Below, piece by piece: positions 51,155-59,951 of a stretch of 64,000 bases of DNA. Each line of letters opens with the position of its first letter. Positions within the stretch are counted from its first letter, which is position 1. The translations under genes and the position numbers were made by a program. This DNA is from Promethearchaeota archaeon Loki_b31 (GTDB taxonomy: Archaea > Asgardarchaeota > Lokiarchaeia > Sigyniarchaeales > SOKP01): NCBI GenBank assembly GCA_005222975.1, contig NJBI01000003.1, forward strand, positions 70,962 to 134,961. Direction: 5' to 3'. The notes beneath the pieces were generated by a model. The model saw only the letters and a list, made by a program, of their open reading frames with translations, did not search any database and was not told the DNA's origin.

Positions 51155-52405
51155 ATGATAATAAACCCATATGAGAGTGCTAAAAAAAAAATTGATATAG
51201 CAGCAGAATTAATTAATTTACACCCGAATACTTTGGAATATCTAAAAAAGACGGAAAGAGCGCTCGTTGTTTCTATCCCAATAATGATGGATGATGGTTC
51301 TCTCGAAATTTTTGAAGGATACAGAGTTCATCATTCTACTTTACGAGGTCCAGCAAAAGGAGGTGTAAGATATTCTCCCTTTGTGACTCTTGATGAGATG
51401 AAAGCTTTAGCTCTTTTGATGACGTTTAAGACTGCTTTATTAGGGTTACCTCTTGGTGGTTCTAAAGGTGGTATAAGAGTCGATACAAAAAAGTTATCGA
51501 ACAGAGAATTAGAGAAATTAACGAGAAGATATACAATGGAAATAATAAATATGATCGGACCAGATAGAGATATTGCCGCACAAGATATGTATACAGATTC
51601 GCGTATAATGGCTTGGATGATGGATACATATAGCATGCAAAAAGGTCGATCTATTCCTGGAGTAGTAACTGGTAAACCAATTGATATTGGAGGCACTATA
51701 GGAAGTATTGATGCTCCTGGTACAGGAATGTGTTATTTACTAGAACATTTATGCCAAAAACTAAATTATAATTTAAAAAAAATGAGTGTTGTAATTCAAG
51801 GTTTTGGAAAAGTGGGATCTGTTGTTGCTAAGCAATTATCCAACATATCTTGCAATGTTATTGCAATCTCTGAAGAAGAAGGGGGGATATACTCACCAGA
51901 TGGTTTAGATATAGACACATTAATTAAATGGAAACAACAAGGTAATTTATTAAAAGAATACGAGGGTAAAGGTACAAGATCAATAACTAATGATGAATTA
52001 CTAAGCATTAAATGTGATGTTTTGATTCCTGCAGCTATGGAAAATCAGATTTATAGTGGAAATGCAGATAAGATAGATTGTAAAATAATATTAGAAGGAG
52101 CAAATAGTCCAACGACTTCCCAAGCAGATAAAATCTTGGAGGAAAAAGAAATAATAGTTGTTCCAGATATTCTTGCCAATAGTGGAGGCGTATGTGTATC
52201 TTATTTTGAATATATTCAAGATATGCACAGTTATTTCTGGAAGTTAGATCGCGTTAATAGAGAAATGAAAACTATTCTTCTATACACATTTGAGGAAATA
52301 TTTAAATTTTCAAAAAAAACGGATTCATCACTCAGAACGGCAGCATATGCTATTAGCACAAATCGATTAGCCAAAGCACATGAATTGAGAGGTTTATTTC
52401 CATAA
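51155..52405 (+). CDS. Glutamate dehydrogenase-like protein (paralogue 2, divergent active-site loop)
   Basis: GPAKGG, TFKT and GGSKGG retained, but DIAAQD and GGTIGSIDAPG replace DIPAPD and GGSxGRxxATG. Confidence 0.88.
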   Translation: MIINPYESAKKKIDIAAELINLHPNTLEYLKKTERALVVSIPIMMDDGSLEIFEGYRVHHSTLRGPAKGGVRYSPFVTLDEMKALALLMTFKTALLGLPLGGSKGGIRVDTKKLSNRELEKLTRRYTMEIINMIGPDRDIAAQDMYTDSRIMAWMMDTYSMQKGRSIPGVVTGKPIDIGGTIGSIDAPGTGMCYLLEHLCQKLNYNLKKMSVVIQGFGKVGSVVAKQLSNISCNVIAISEEEGGIYSPDGLDIDTLIKWKQQGNLLKEYEGKGTRSITNDELLSIKCDVLIPAAMENQIYSGNADKIDCKIILEGANSPTTSQADKILEEKEIIVVPDILANSGGVCVSYFEYIQDMHSYFWKLDRVNREMKTILLYTFEEIFKFSKKTDSSLRTAAYAISTNRLAKAHELRGLFP

Positions 52406-52514
52406 ATGTGTGCATTTTAGTTTATGTGGAATAATTAATTATTAGATTTAGCAGAAATTATTATAAAAAATAAAATAAAAAAATAAAATAAAAAATAAAA
52501 AAAAGTGTAATATA

Positions 52515-53765
52515 ATGACCGTTAATCCTTTTGAAATGGCAAAAAAGCAGATTGATATTGTAGCAGAAGAGATGGATTTAGATCCAAATATTCATAAGTT
52601 TTTAAAAAGAGTAGAACGTTCTTTAATAGTTTCTATTCCAATTATGATGGATGATGGTACTTTAAAGGTTTTTGAAGGTTATAGGGTTCATCATTCAACA
52701 ATCAGAGGACCTGGGAAAGGTGGTTTACGATTTTCTCTAGGTGTTAATCTTGATGAAGTAAAAGCTTTAGCAACATGGATGACATGGAAAACTAGTCTTT
52801 TAAACTTGCCTTTAGGGGGCGCTAAAGGTGGTATATGCGTTGATCCTTTTAAATTATCTAAAAAAGAGCTAGAAAAACTTACAAGAAGGTTTACTGCTGA
52901 AATTATTAATATCATAGGACCAGATATTGATATTCCCGCTCCGGATGTTAATACTAACGCACAAATTATGGCATGGATTATGGATACCTACAGTATGCAA
53001 AAAGGACGGACGATTCCTGGCGTTGTAACTGGAAAACCAATAGAAATCGGTGGTTCTGTTGGCAGAGCAAATGCTACCGGAACGGGTTTGTATTTTGTAC
53101 TTCAAGCTTTAGTTGAAAAACTAAGATTAGACTTAAAGTCCTTAAAGATTGTAGTTCAAGGATTTGGTAATGTAGGAGGTACGATTGCCGATCTACTTTA
53201 TAAACACGGGTGTAAAGTTATTGCCGTCTCAGATATATCAACGGGCATTTACTGCGAAGATGGTTTAGATGTAGAAAAATTATTAGCATGGGCTAAACAA
53301 GGTAATTTATTAAAAGATTATAAAAACGATAAGTATAAGCTTATTGGTAACGACGAGCTACTTACATCAAAATGTGATGTATTAATCCCTGCAGCTATAG
53401 AAAATCAAATAACAGAAAAAAATGCGGAGAAAATAGACTGCAAAATAGTTTTGGAAGGTGCAAATGGTCCTACAACACCAGAAGCGGATAAAATTTTGTT
53501 AAAGAAAGAAATTTATGTAGTACCAGATATTCTTGCCAATAGTGGCGGAGTATGCGTCTCCTACTTCGAATATGTCCAAGATATTAATTCGTACTTCTGG
53601 AAACTTGATCGTATAAATGAAGAACTCAAAAGAATCATAATTGAAGCCTTCGAAGAAACATTTAAAATCTCAAAAGAAAGAAGCATTTCCCTTCGTACAG
53701 CTGCCTACATTATAGCGGTATCAAGAATCGCGAAAGCAATTGAGTTAAGAGGTATTTTCCCTTAA
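52515..53765 (+). CDS. gdhA: Glutamate dehydrogenase (paralogue 3)
   Basis: GPGKGG, MTWKT, GGAKGG, DIPAPD, GGSVGR, QGFGNVG. Confidence 0.95.
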   Translation: MTVNPFEMAKKQIDIVAEEMDLDPNIHKFLKRVERSLIVSIPIMMDDGTLKVFEGYRVHHSTIRGPGKGGLRFSLGVNLDEVKALATWMTWKTSLLNLPLGGAKGGICVDPFKLSKKELEKLTRRFTAEIINIIGPDIDIPAPDVNTNAQIMAWIMDTYSMQKGRTIPGVVTGKPIEIGGSVGRANATGTGLYFVLQALVEKLRLDLKSLKIVVQGFGNVGGTIADLLYKHGCKVIAVSDISTGIYCEDGLDVEKLLAWAKQGNLLKDYKNDKYKLIGNDELLTSKCDVLIPAAIENQITEKNAEKIDCKIVLEGANGPTTPEADKILLKKEIYVVPDILANSGGVCVSYFEYVQDINSYFWKLDRINEELKRIIIEAFEETFKISKERSISLRTAAYIIAVSRIAKAIELRGIFP

Positions 53766-53792
53766 ATCATTTTTTTTTATTCCCAATTTTTT

Positions 53793-55112
53793 TTATGAAG
53801 TAAAGGGGATAAGTATTAATAAATAAAGGCATGAAATTCCAATATGAATAAATGCAAACATAGCTCCTGTTTTTAACAACCTTTTGAATCCTAAATTTTC
53901 AACGCCACTATCTTTAGCTACTTTAAGCGTCATCATGTCTGCAGCAGCCCCAGAAGGTAGAATGTTTCCCCCTATATTTACAGCAACGATAAAGGCAAAT
54001 AGTAGAGGTATTGCTGGAAAAGCAAATTCCTCTATTAAAACGTCTATAATTGGCAAAAAGATAAGAGCTATTGGGGTGTTTGCAACGAAGCCTGACAGTA
54101 GGCTAACAAGAATAAGGATTATAAAAACTGTTAATATAGGTCCAAAAGATTCGAAAGGAATCAAAGCAATAATGTCACGAAATCCAGCTTGCAGCATGCA
54201 ATTAATAACCACATACATGGAAATGAAAAAGAATATAATTTCCCATTCAACATCTTTTAAGATTTTTCCCATTGGTTTCTTAGTATATTTTCCATTGACT
54301 AAAACTAATATTACTGCTGAAATTGCAGCTGTAAGATATAATAATGGCAAAATAACAAATAAGGCAATTGTAACGATTATCGCAAAGCTATTAAAGTAAA
54401 ACATTTTTTTATTTTTGATCATAACATCTGTACTTATTAGTTCTAACACGTATTCTTTCTGTTGCTCTTCAATTCTTGGCTCTTTTGAAAGCATTAATTT
54501 ATCTATTAGAAATATGGTTAAAAACAACAATGCAAAAGAAAAAACCCAGAAATATTGGATAAAAAAGACCGTATCAAGTGCAAACCAAGTAGAAATAATG
54601 ATATTTTCTCCGCTTGAGAAGGGCGTAATAATAGAACCGATATTAATACAAATTGTCATTCCTAATAAGTAAGTACCCGCTCTTATTTTTAAAAAATGAC
54701 AAAGGCGAACGACTATAGGTGCTAAAATAATAACCACGACTACATCACTGATAACGGCTGCCAATAATGTAGTAATTACACAAAGTAGATAAAGAAAATA
54801 TCGTTGATTTCCTTTTGAAATTTTAAAAATCTTTACAGCTAGATATTCTAACACATTTGAATCTTGAGCAATTTTAGATATAATACTCATGCTCATTATA
54901 ATAATTATTGCTTGCCATTCAATAGATAATACGAAATTATCAAACCAATTTTCAAAATTTAATGGTACTTCCAAAACCAAACCAGTCACAAAAGCCGCTA
55001 CGAACATAGAAATCAAGGAAACTGCTACGAAATCAACATTTTTCATAGAATAGCTTACAATAATTAGCGCAAAGACAATAAAAACAAAAATTAATAGAGG
55101 AAGATTAATCAT
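53793..55112 (-). CDS. ArsB/NhaD/SLC13 (IT superfamily) permease
   Basis: About 12 TM helices; NIGSIITPFSSGENI, SGFVANTP, NIGGNILPSGAAA. Confidence 0.85.
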   Translation of the reverse strand: MINLPLLIFVFIVFALIIVSYSMKNVDFVAVSLISMFVAAFVTGLVLEVPLNFENWFDNFVLSIEWQAIIIIMSMSIISKIAQDSNVLEYLAVKIFKISKGNQRYFLYLLCVITTLLAAVISDVVVVIILAPIVVRLCHFLKIRAGTYLLGMTICINIGSIITPFSSGENIIISTWFALDTVFFIQYFWVFSFALLFLTIFLIDKLMLSKEPRIEEQQKEYVLELISTDVMIKNKKMFYFNSFAIIVTIALFVILPLLYLTAAISAVILVLVNGKYTKKPMGKILKDVEWEIIFFFISMYVVINCMLQAGFRDIIALIPFESFGPILTVFIILILVSLLSGFVANTPIALIFLPIIDVLIEEFAFPAIPLLFAFIVAVNIGGNILPSGAAADMMTLKVAKDSGVENLGFKRLLKTGAMFAFIHIGISCLYLLILIPFTS

Positions 55113-55232
55113 TTCTCTAAATTAAAATGTTAGTTTTATATTAATATTGTTTAATATTGTTTAATTTTAATAAACCTAATTAAAATACATTTTCAAGGTT
55201 TTTAGAATACATAAACTATTTCCTAGATAAAA

Positions 55233-56081
55233 TTATTTTAATAAAAAAAGTTGTAAAAGAAATTTGAACAAATTTAGTTCATTTAGTAGAGAAATGTTAG
55301 AAATCAAATATTCAAAAATATTCTCTTCTATAAAATAATGTAGACTTACGTAATATCCTTCTTGGGTTTTTATCATTTCAACAATCCTTCTTATTAAATT
55401 TATAATTTGCTTTTCAACTACCAGCATGTCGCATTTAGTAGGGTCAATATTAATGATATTAATTCCAGTAGAGCGGCTAAATGAAAACTTACTTAATTCA
55501 GAATTATTCTTCACGTAATCATTACTTAAATAATGTGCAAACATAGATTCGATTTGAGAATTAATCGCTTCTTTTTTTTCAGCTGGAAAATGAGCTTCAA
55601 TTAGATTTGTAAGCAAATTTAATATCTGTTGAAACACACCTAAAATATCAAAATATTCTGCAATTGTTGTGATATTCTCAGCTGTTAACCACTGCGCATA
55701 GTATTCATCGATAACATTTTTAAAAGGGCTAAAAAGATCTGTATCGCCTTTCCATACAGAGGACCAGTTTTCTTTATTTCCAGAAACATATTGCTCAATA
55801 AAAGTTTGCATGATAACATTGAGCCGAGCTTTCAACATATTTGAACTTATATTTTTCTCAGATGCCGCAATAAACAACAACTTATACTCTTTATCTTCTA
55901 AATAGGACCATCGGAGTCCTCCCATTTCAATACTTTCTATACCTTGTTGAAATTCATAAGTAGTAAATTGATTTAATGCAGCTAAAAGACCACTAATGAG
56001 ATCTTCATCTAAAGCCAAGTCCATATACGGTTTATATAATAAGGTTATTCCGCTTTCAGAATCTAAAATCCAAACGTTCAT
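55233..56081 (-). CDS. Longin-like domain protein (Asgard eukaryotic-signature type)
   Basis: VWILDSESGITLLY..DEDLISGLLAALNQF..IESIEMGG..LLFIAA longin-like pattern, followed by a helical C-terminus. Confidence 0.6.
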   Translation of the reverse strand: MNVWILDSESGITLLYKPYMDLALDEDLISGLLAALNQFTTYEFQQGIESIEMGGLRWSYLEDKEYKLLFIAASEKNISSNMLKARLNVIMQTFIEQYVSGNKENWSSVWKGDTDLFSPFKNVIDEYYAQWLTAENITTIAEYFDILGVFQQILNLLTNLIEAHFPAEKKEAINSQIESMFAHYLSNDYVKNNSELSKFSFSRSTGINIINIDPTKCDMLVVEKQIINLIRRIVEMIKTQEGYYVSLHYFIEENIFEYLISNISLLNELNLFKFLLQLFLLK

Positions 56082-56281
56082 TTTTCCAAAAACCCAGTGT
56101 TATTAGAGGTTATCTCTAATTATCTCTAACTATATAGCTTATAAATTACGAACTTATAAATTATTTTTTTTAAATAAAATTCTAAATGTATTACAAAAAA
56201 TCTTTATTTCAACCGCTTGAACTTTAACTTTTTTTTTTAAGAAATTTTAGACTCAAATCTATTGGTTTTAGCTCATTTCTT

Positions 56282-56776
56282 TTATAAGAAATCTTTCAGA
56301 TCTTTTGTTTTGCAATATTTCTCAATATTTCTCATCATTTGGGTAATTTTAGTTTGAAGTGTAAAATCTGCAACACTGCCTATCAAACTGAGGAAATCGC
56401 CACTTAAAGCAAAATTTTCCACAAAGACTCCTAGTTTAGTTTTGGTAGGAGACAAGGCCTTAATTCGCATCCGACCTTCTAATTGTTTGATATCTTTATT
56501 ATTTCTAACGTTAAACTCAACTAATCGCCCCTTTCCTCCGATTTCACCTTTGTCTGAAAGCACTAATTCTCCTTCCATCTCAATTGGAATGTGAATTACA
56601 TCTATCTCGTCGTATATTTTAGTATACAACACATTGGGTGCTATAAAGTTAGCTTCCATTTTCTTAGATGGGTTAATAGTTTCCCAAAATTCGGCTTTAT
56701 AAAGTGCCTGAAAAAGGATATCCTTATTACAATTGTCAATTTCTAAAATCTTTGAAATTTTGGCCATTAATAACAC
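56282..56776 (-). CDS. Hypothetical protein, possibly SRPBCC/START-like fold
   Basis: Beta-rich core with a long C-terminal helix (MMRNIEKYCK). ATG ~56767 after AGGTG. Confidence 0.5.
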   Translation of the reverse strand: MLLMAKISKILEIDNCNKDILFQALYKAEFWETINPSKKMEANFIAPNVLYTKIYDEIDVIHIPIEMEGELVLSDKGEIGGKGRLVEFNVRNNKDIKQLEGRMRIKALSPTKTKLGVFVENFALSGDFLSLIGSVADFTLQTKITQMMRNIEKYCKTKDLKDFL

Positions 56777-56957
56777 CTAAATATCTATTTCTTATGATTC
56801 ATTAAAACATCGAAAGTTTATATTTTTTTATAATGCTAAAATAGAGTCAAGAAAGTTAACATCAGCCTTTCAAGTTTACTTCATAAAAATCATAAGTTAT
56901 ACTTATAAAAAGTGCTTGAAACAAGTTTTTTCCATAAATTAATTGTCTCGAAACAAT

Positions 56958-57179
56958 CTACTTTTTTCTATAATAATTATCTCGGAAAATTCTTGACTTT
57001 TCTTCATCTCGTTCCTCTTTGCAGTTAGGACAAATCCATGTGGTATCGTTCTTTTTTACAGAATTTAAGCAAACATCGCAAACAGTGATATCGCATATGC
57101 AATAATGGCATTTATCTAACATATCTTTACAATTCTTCCCGCATATGTAACAATTAGGAGGGCTTTTGGTTTTGGACAT
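56958..57179 (-). CDS. Stand-alone C4C4 RING-finger protein
   Basis: C-x2-C-x13-C-x-C-x4-C-x2-C-x12-C-x2-C. Confidence 0.75.
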   Translation of the reverse strand: MSKTKSPPNCYICGKNCKDMLDKCHYCICDITVCDVCLNSVKKNDTTWICPNCKEERDEEKSRIFRDNYYRKK

Positions 57180-57279
57180 TTCTAGTTTATATTTTAAATT
57201 CTTTTAATTATTATAATATTCATTATTATGATTAGTAGTAATTAAATTTAACAAAATTATTTTTAGCAAAATTAACAAA

Positions 57280-57462
57280 ATGGATAAACTAAAATCGCGA
57301 GTTCAATTGCTTTCGCTTTTTATAATTTTTTTTATATATAAGGTTATAGCGGCTATTGTTGATAACAATTACTCTGAATTCGTTTTATGGTTTATGTTTT
57401 CTATTGTTTATGCTATATCTCTTACGATCTTATATTTTGCTTTTAAAAAAAGGAAATTATAA
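57280..57462 (+). CDS. Small 2-TM membrane protein
   Basis: Two hydrophobic helices and a basic C-terminus. Confidence 0.55.
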   Translation: MDKLKSRVQLLSLFIIFFIYKVIAAIVDNNYSEFVLWFMFSIVYAISLTILYFAFKKRKL

Positions 57463-57524
57463 TAGTTTAATTAGTATTGACTTTGAAAATAAATAAATTG
57501 TTAAACTTCTTTGAAATGTTTCGT

Positions 57525-57803
57525 TTATTTCTTTGTCTTTTTTTTAAAAATGTCCGGAATTAAACCCTCAATCCCAAGACGGTTCAAAACAATATCACTA
57601 ATATCGACTTTAACTTTCATATCTTGCATAGCTTTTAACGTTTCTCCTAACATTTTGGTAAAACTTTCGTTCATTTCTTTAATAGTATCGGAAGTTAATT
57701 GAAGGGATTCCCGAATAGCAAGATTTGTCTCGTGTAACTCTGAAGTCATTTTTTCCATGCTTTTCCTCATTTCAGAGATCTCATCTTTTAATCCCATTAT
57801 CAA
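57525..57803 (-). CDS. Small coiled-coil protein
   Basis: Heptad-rich Met/Leu helix; basic tail. Confidence 0.65.
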   Translation of the reverse strand: MIMGLKDEISEMRKSMEKMTSELHETNLAIRESLQLTSDTIKEMNESFTKMLGETLKAMQDMKVKVDISDIVLNRLGIEGLIPDIFKKKTKK

Positions 57804-57973
57804 TCCAAATGTTAACTTATTTATTTTTTTTAATAGTTTTGTAAATGAATGAAGTACTTAAAGTTTTTATTTAAATGGAAAATAAATCTCGTATAATTAT
57901 TAAATATAACAAATACTCTTTTAAGATTGCTTAATTATATTCAAAATAACTAATAAAATAAAAATTAATCAAA

Positions 57974-58117
57974 ATGTCTGAATGGAAATACAAAGTTAAA
58001 AAACCTGTAGCCGAAGCAGATTTTTGTACAACCTCTGGTTGAGGAATCGTTGACGGAATAATTTCGTGTATTAGAAATCTAAAAAAAAAACGCAAAGAAA
58101 AAAAAAGCCAAAAATAA
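57974..58117 (+). CDS. Candidate seleno-microprotein 1 (Cys-x4-UGA; TGA at 58040-42)
   Basis: MSEWKYKVKKPVAEADFCTTSG(*)GIVDGIISCIRNLKKKRKEKKSQK*. Followed by the conserved RNA fold. Confidence 0.55.
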
Positions 58118-58121
58118 ACTA

Positions 58122-58184
58122 AATCTCGAGGAGTAAAGCAAAAATGTTAGGTTTTATTCCTTAGTTCCGCAAGAACTTGAGATT
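58122..58184 (+). promoter_or_regulatory. Conserved three-stem RNA element, copy 1 (candidate 3' recoding element)
   Basis: P1 AATCTC/GAGATT; P2 GGAGTAAAGC/GTTTTATTCC with loop AAAAATGTTAG; P3 AGTTC/GAACT. Confidence 0.65.
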
Positions 58185-58330
58185 AACTCTTACATTTTTA
58201 CTAAACATCGATCTTTTTATTATTATAAAAAATTACATAATTGCGCAGTAACTTTATTTTTTATAAACCTCATCCTTAATACCCCTGATTTTTATAATCT
58301 TAACAATAAATTTAATAGTGAGAAAAACAC

Positions 58331-58510
58331 ATGTCGGAAGAAGACGAATTTGATTTTGGATTTGATGACAATTGCTACGAAACTAGTTGATCGTTACTAA
58401 CTATGTGGTACTTAAGAGCTTTAAAAACGCAGAAAACTAAAGAAAAACCGGAAAAAAAAACAAATATAATAAAAATCTCTATGATTAAGTCGTTAAATGA
58501 TAGGATTTAA
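58331..58510 (+). CDS. Candidate seleno-microprotein 2 (Cys-x4-UGA; TGA at 58388-90)
   Basis: MSEEDEFDFGFDDNCYETS(*)SLLTMWYLRALKTQKTKEKPEKK... GTGAG upstream. Would end at TAA 58467-69 if the A9 run is 1 nt too long. Confidence 0.55.
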
Positions 58511-58539
58511 TCAATAAGTTCTATGCCAGAATTTGAGAT
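58475..58539 (+). promoter_or_regulatory. Conserved three-stem RNA element, copy 2
   Basis: P1 ATCTC/GAGAT; P2 TGATTAAGTC/GATTTAATCA with loop GTTAAATGATAG; P3 AAGTTCT/AGAATTT. Confidence 0.65.
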
Positions 58540-58586
58540 AGAATTTCTTATTACTTTTTTATTTGAAAAACAAACAGAGAAAAACA

Positions 58587-59951
58587 TTAATAGGGTTTTT
58601 TTGACCCTTCTCCAACCTTTCTGTAAATAAAACCTTTTTCTTCAACCAATTTCTTGTCAAATATGTTCCTTCCATCTATAATAATCGGCGTTCTTACTTT
58701 CTTCTTTAAATCATCAAGATCGATATTGTAATATTCCTTATGGTTTGTTGCAAAGATTAATACATCAGCTCCTTTCACTGCTTCATTAAAATCACTTGTT
58801 AACTCAGTAAGTCTATAATCCCTTTCGTTGACATAAGGATCATGGGAGACATATATAATGTTATGAGAATGATATCGATTTTGTAATACCTTAACAATAT
58901 TTTCAGTTGGTGTATTTCTCACATCATCTGTATTAGCTTTATATGATACTCCTAAAAGTACAATCTTTATATTATCTACTAGTTTATGTGATTCTCTAAA
59001 TACATCCTCCATTAATTCTACCATATGATATGGCATATAATCGTTTAAATTCCGTGAATTGGGAATTATCTTGATCTTAGACTCATTTTTTTTTTCGGTA
59101 TATTTATTAAACCCGTGTAGAAGTAACCACGGATCCTTTGTTAAACAATGCCCTCCAACGCCAGATCCGGGATAATGCATCATCCTATCATGCCGTTGAT
59201 TTATTAACTCGATAATTTCATAAATATTACGATCAAAATCTTCGCAAAGCAATGCCATTTCATTTGCAAATGCGATATTAACATCCCTATACGCATTTTC
59301 AATACATTTAGTTAATTCTGAAGTAAGTGTGTCAGTTATTTGAAGTTCTTTTTTGACCACTTTTCCATATAGAAAACTTGCATTTTCATTAGCTTTTTTA
59401 CAGCCTCCTCCAATAACACGGGGAAAATCAGTAATGTATTCTATTAACTTTCCCGGCATGACTCGTTCAAACGAAAAAACAAGATAAAAATCGTGACATC
59501 TTTTTAGTCCGCTTCCTTCTTCCAAGATTAACTGTACGGTATTATCTGTTGTTCCAGGAGCTACAGTAGACTCTATAATTATCGTTGTTCCCTTTTTTAA
59601 ATGTTTTGATATTCTCTGAGAAACCTCTATTAAGGATTCATATCTAGGTAATCTATTTTCATCGACGGGAGTCTGAACATCAATTAAAATATAATCTGCA
59701 TCCTCAACATTATCATAATTATCAGTAACCTTAAACTTTCCATTCTTTACTACCCTTTCAATTAACTCATCTAATCCAGGCTCATCCCCTTCAAAAGGAT
59801 TTTTACCCTTATTAAGCCAATCAATTTTCCAACTTGATCTTTGAGACCTTCGTTGAATACCCGTAACATAGAAATCGTCTACATCAGCTAACAGAACAGC
59901 CATGGGAATACCAACGTATCCCATACCAATAACAACGATATTAGTAGGCAT
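58587..59951 (-). CDS. UDP-sugar (UDP-ManNAc/GlcNAc-type) dehydrogenase
   Basis: GMGYVG, ESTVAPGTT, KCIENAYRDVNIAFANE, GVGGHCLTKDP, YKANTDDVRNTP. Confidence 0.93.
   Translation of the reverse strand: MPTNIVVIGMGYVGIPMAVLLADVDDFYVTGIQRRSQRSSWKIDWLNKGKNPFEGDEPGLDELIERVVKNGKFKVTDNYDNVEDADYILIDVQTPVDENRLPRYESLIEVSQRISKHLKKGTTIIIESTVAPGTTDNTVQLILEEGSGLKRCHDFYLVFSFERVMPGKLIEYITDFPRVIGGGCKKANENASFLYGKVVKKELQITDTLTSELTKCIENAYRDVNIAFANEMALLCEDFDRNIYEIIELINQRHDRMMHYPGSGVGGHCLTKDPWLLLHGFNKYTEKKNESKIKIIPNSRNLNDYMPYHMVELMEDVFRESHKLVDNIKIVLLGVSYKANTDDVRNTPTENIVKVLQNRYHSHNIIYVSHDPYVNERDYRLTELTSDFNEAVKGADVLIFATNHKEYYNIDLDDLKKKVRTPIIIDGRNIFDKKLVEEKGFIYRKVGEGSKKPY

Noticed and set aside
52465-52504. AAAAT-type low-complexity repeat upstream of gdh paralogue 3
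   Set aside because: A simple A-rich tract typical of intergenic DNA in this window.
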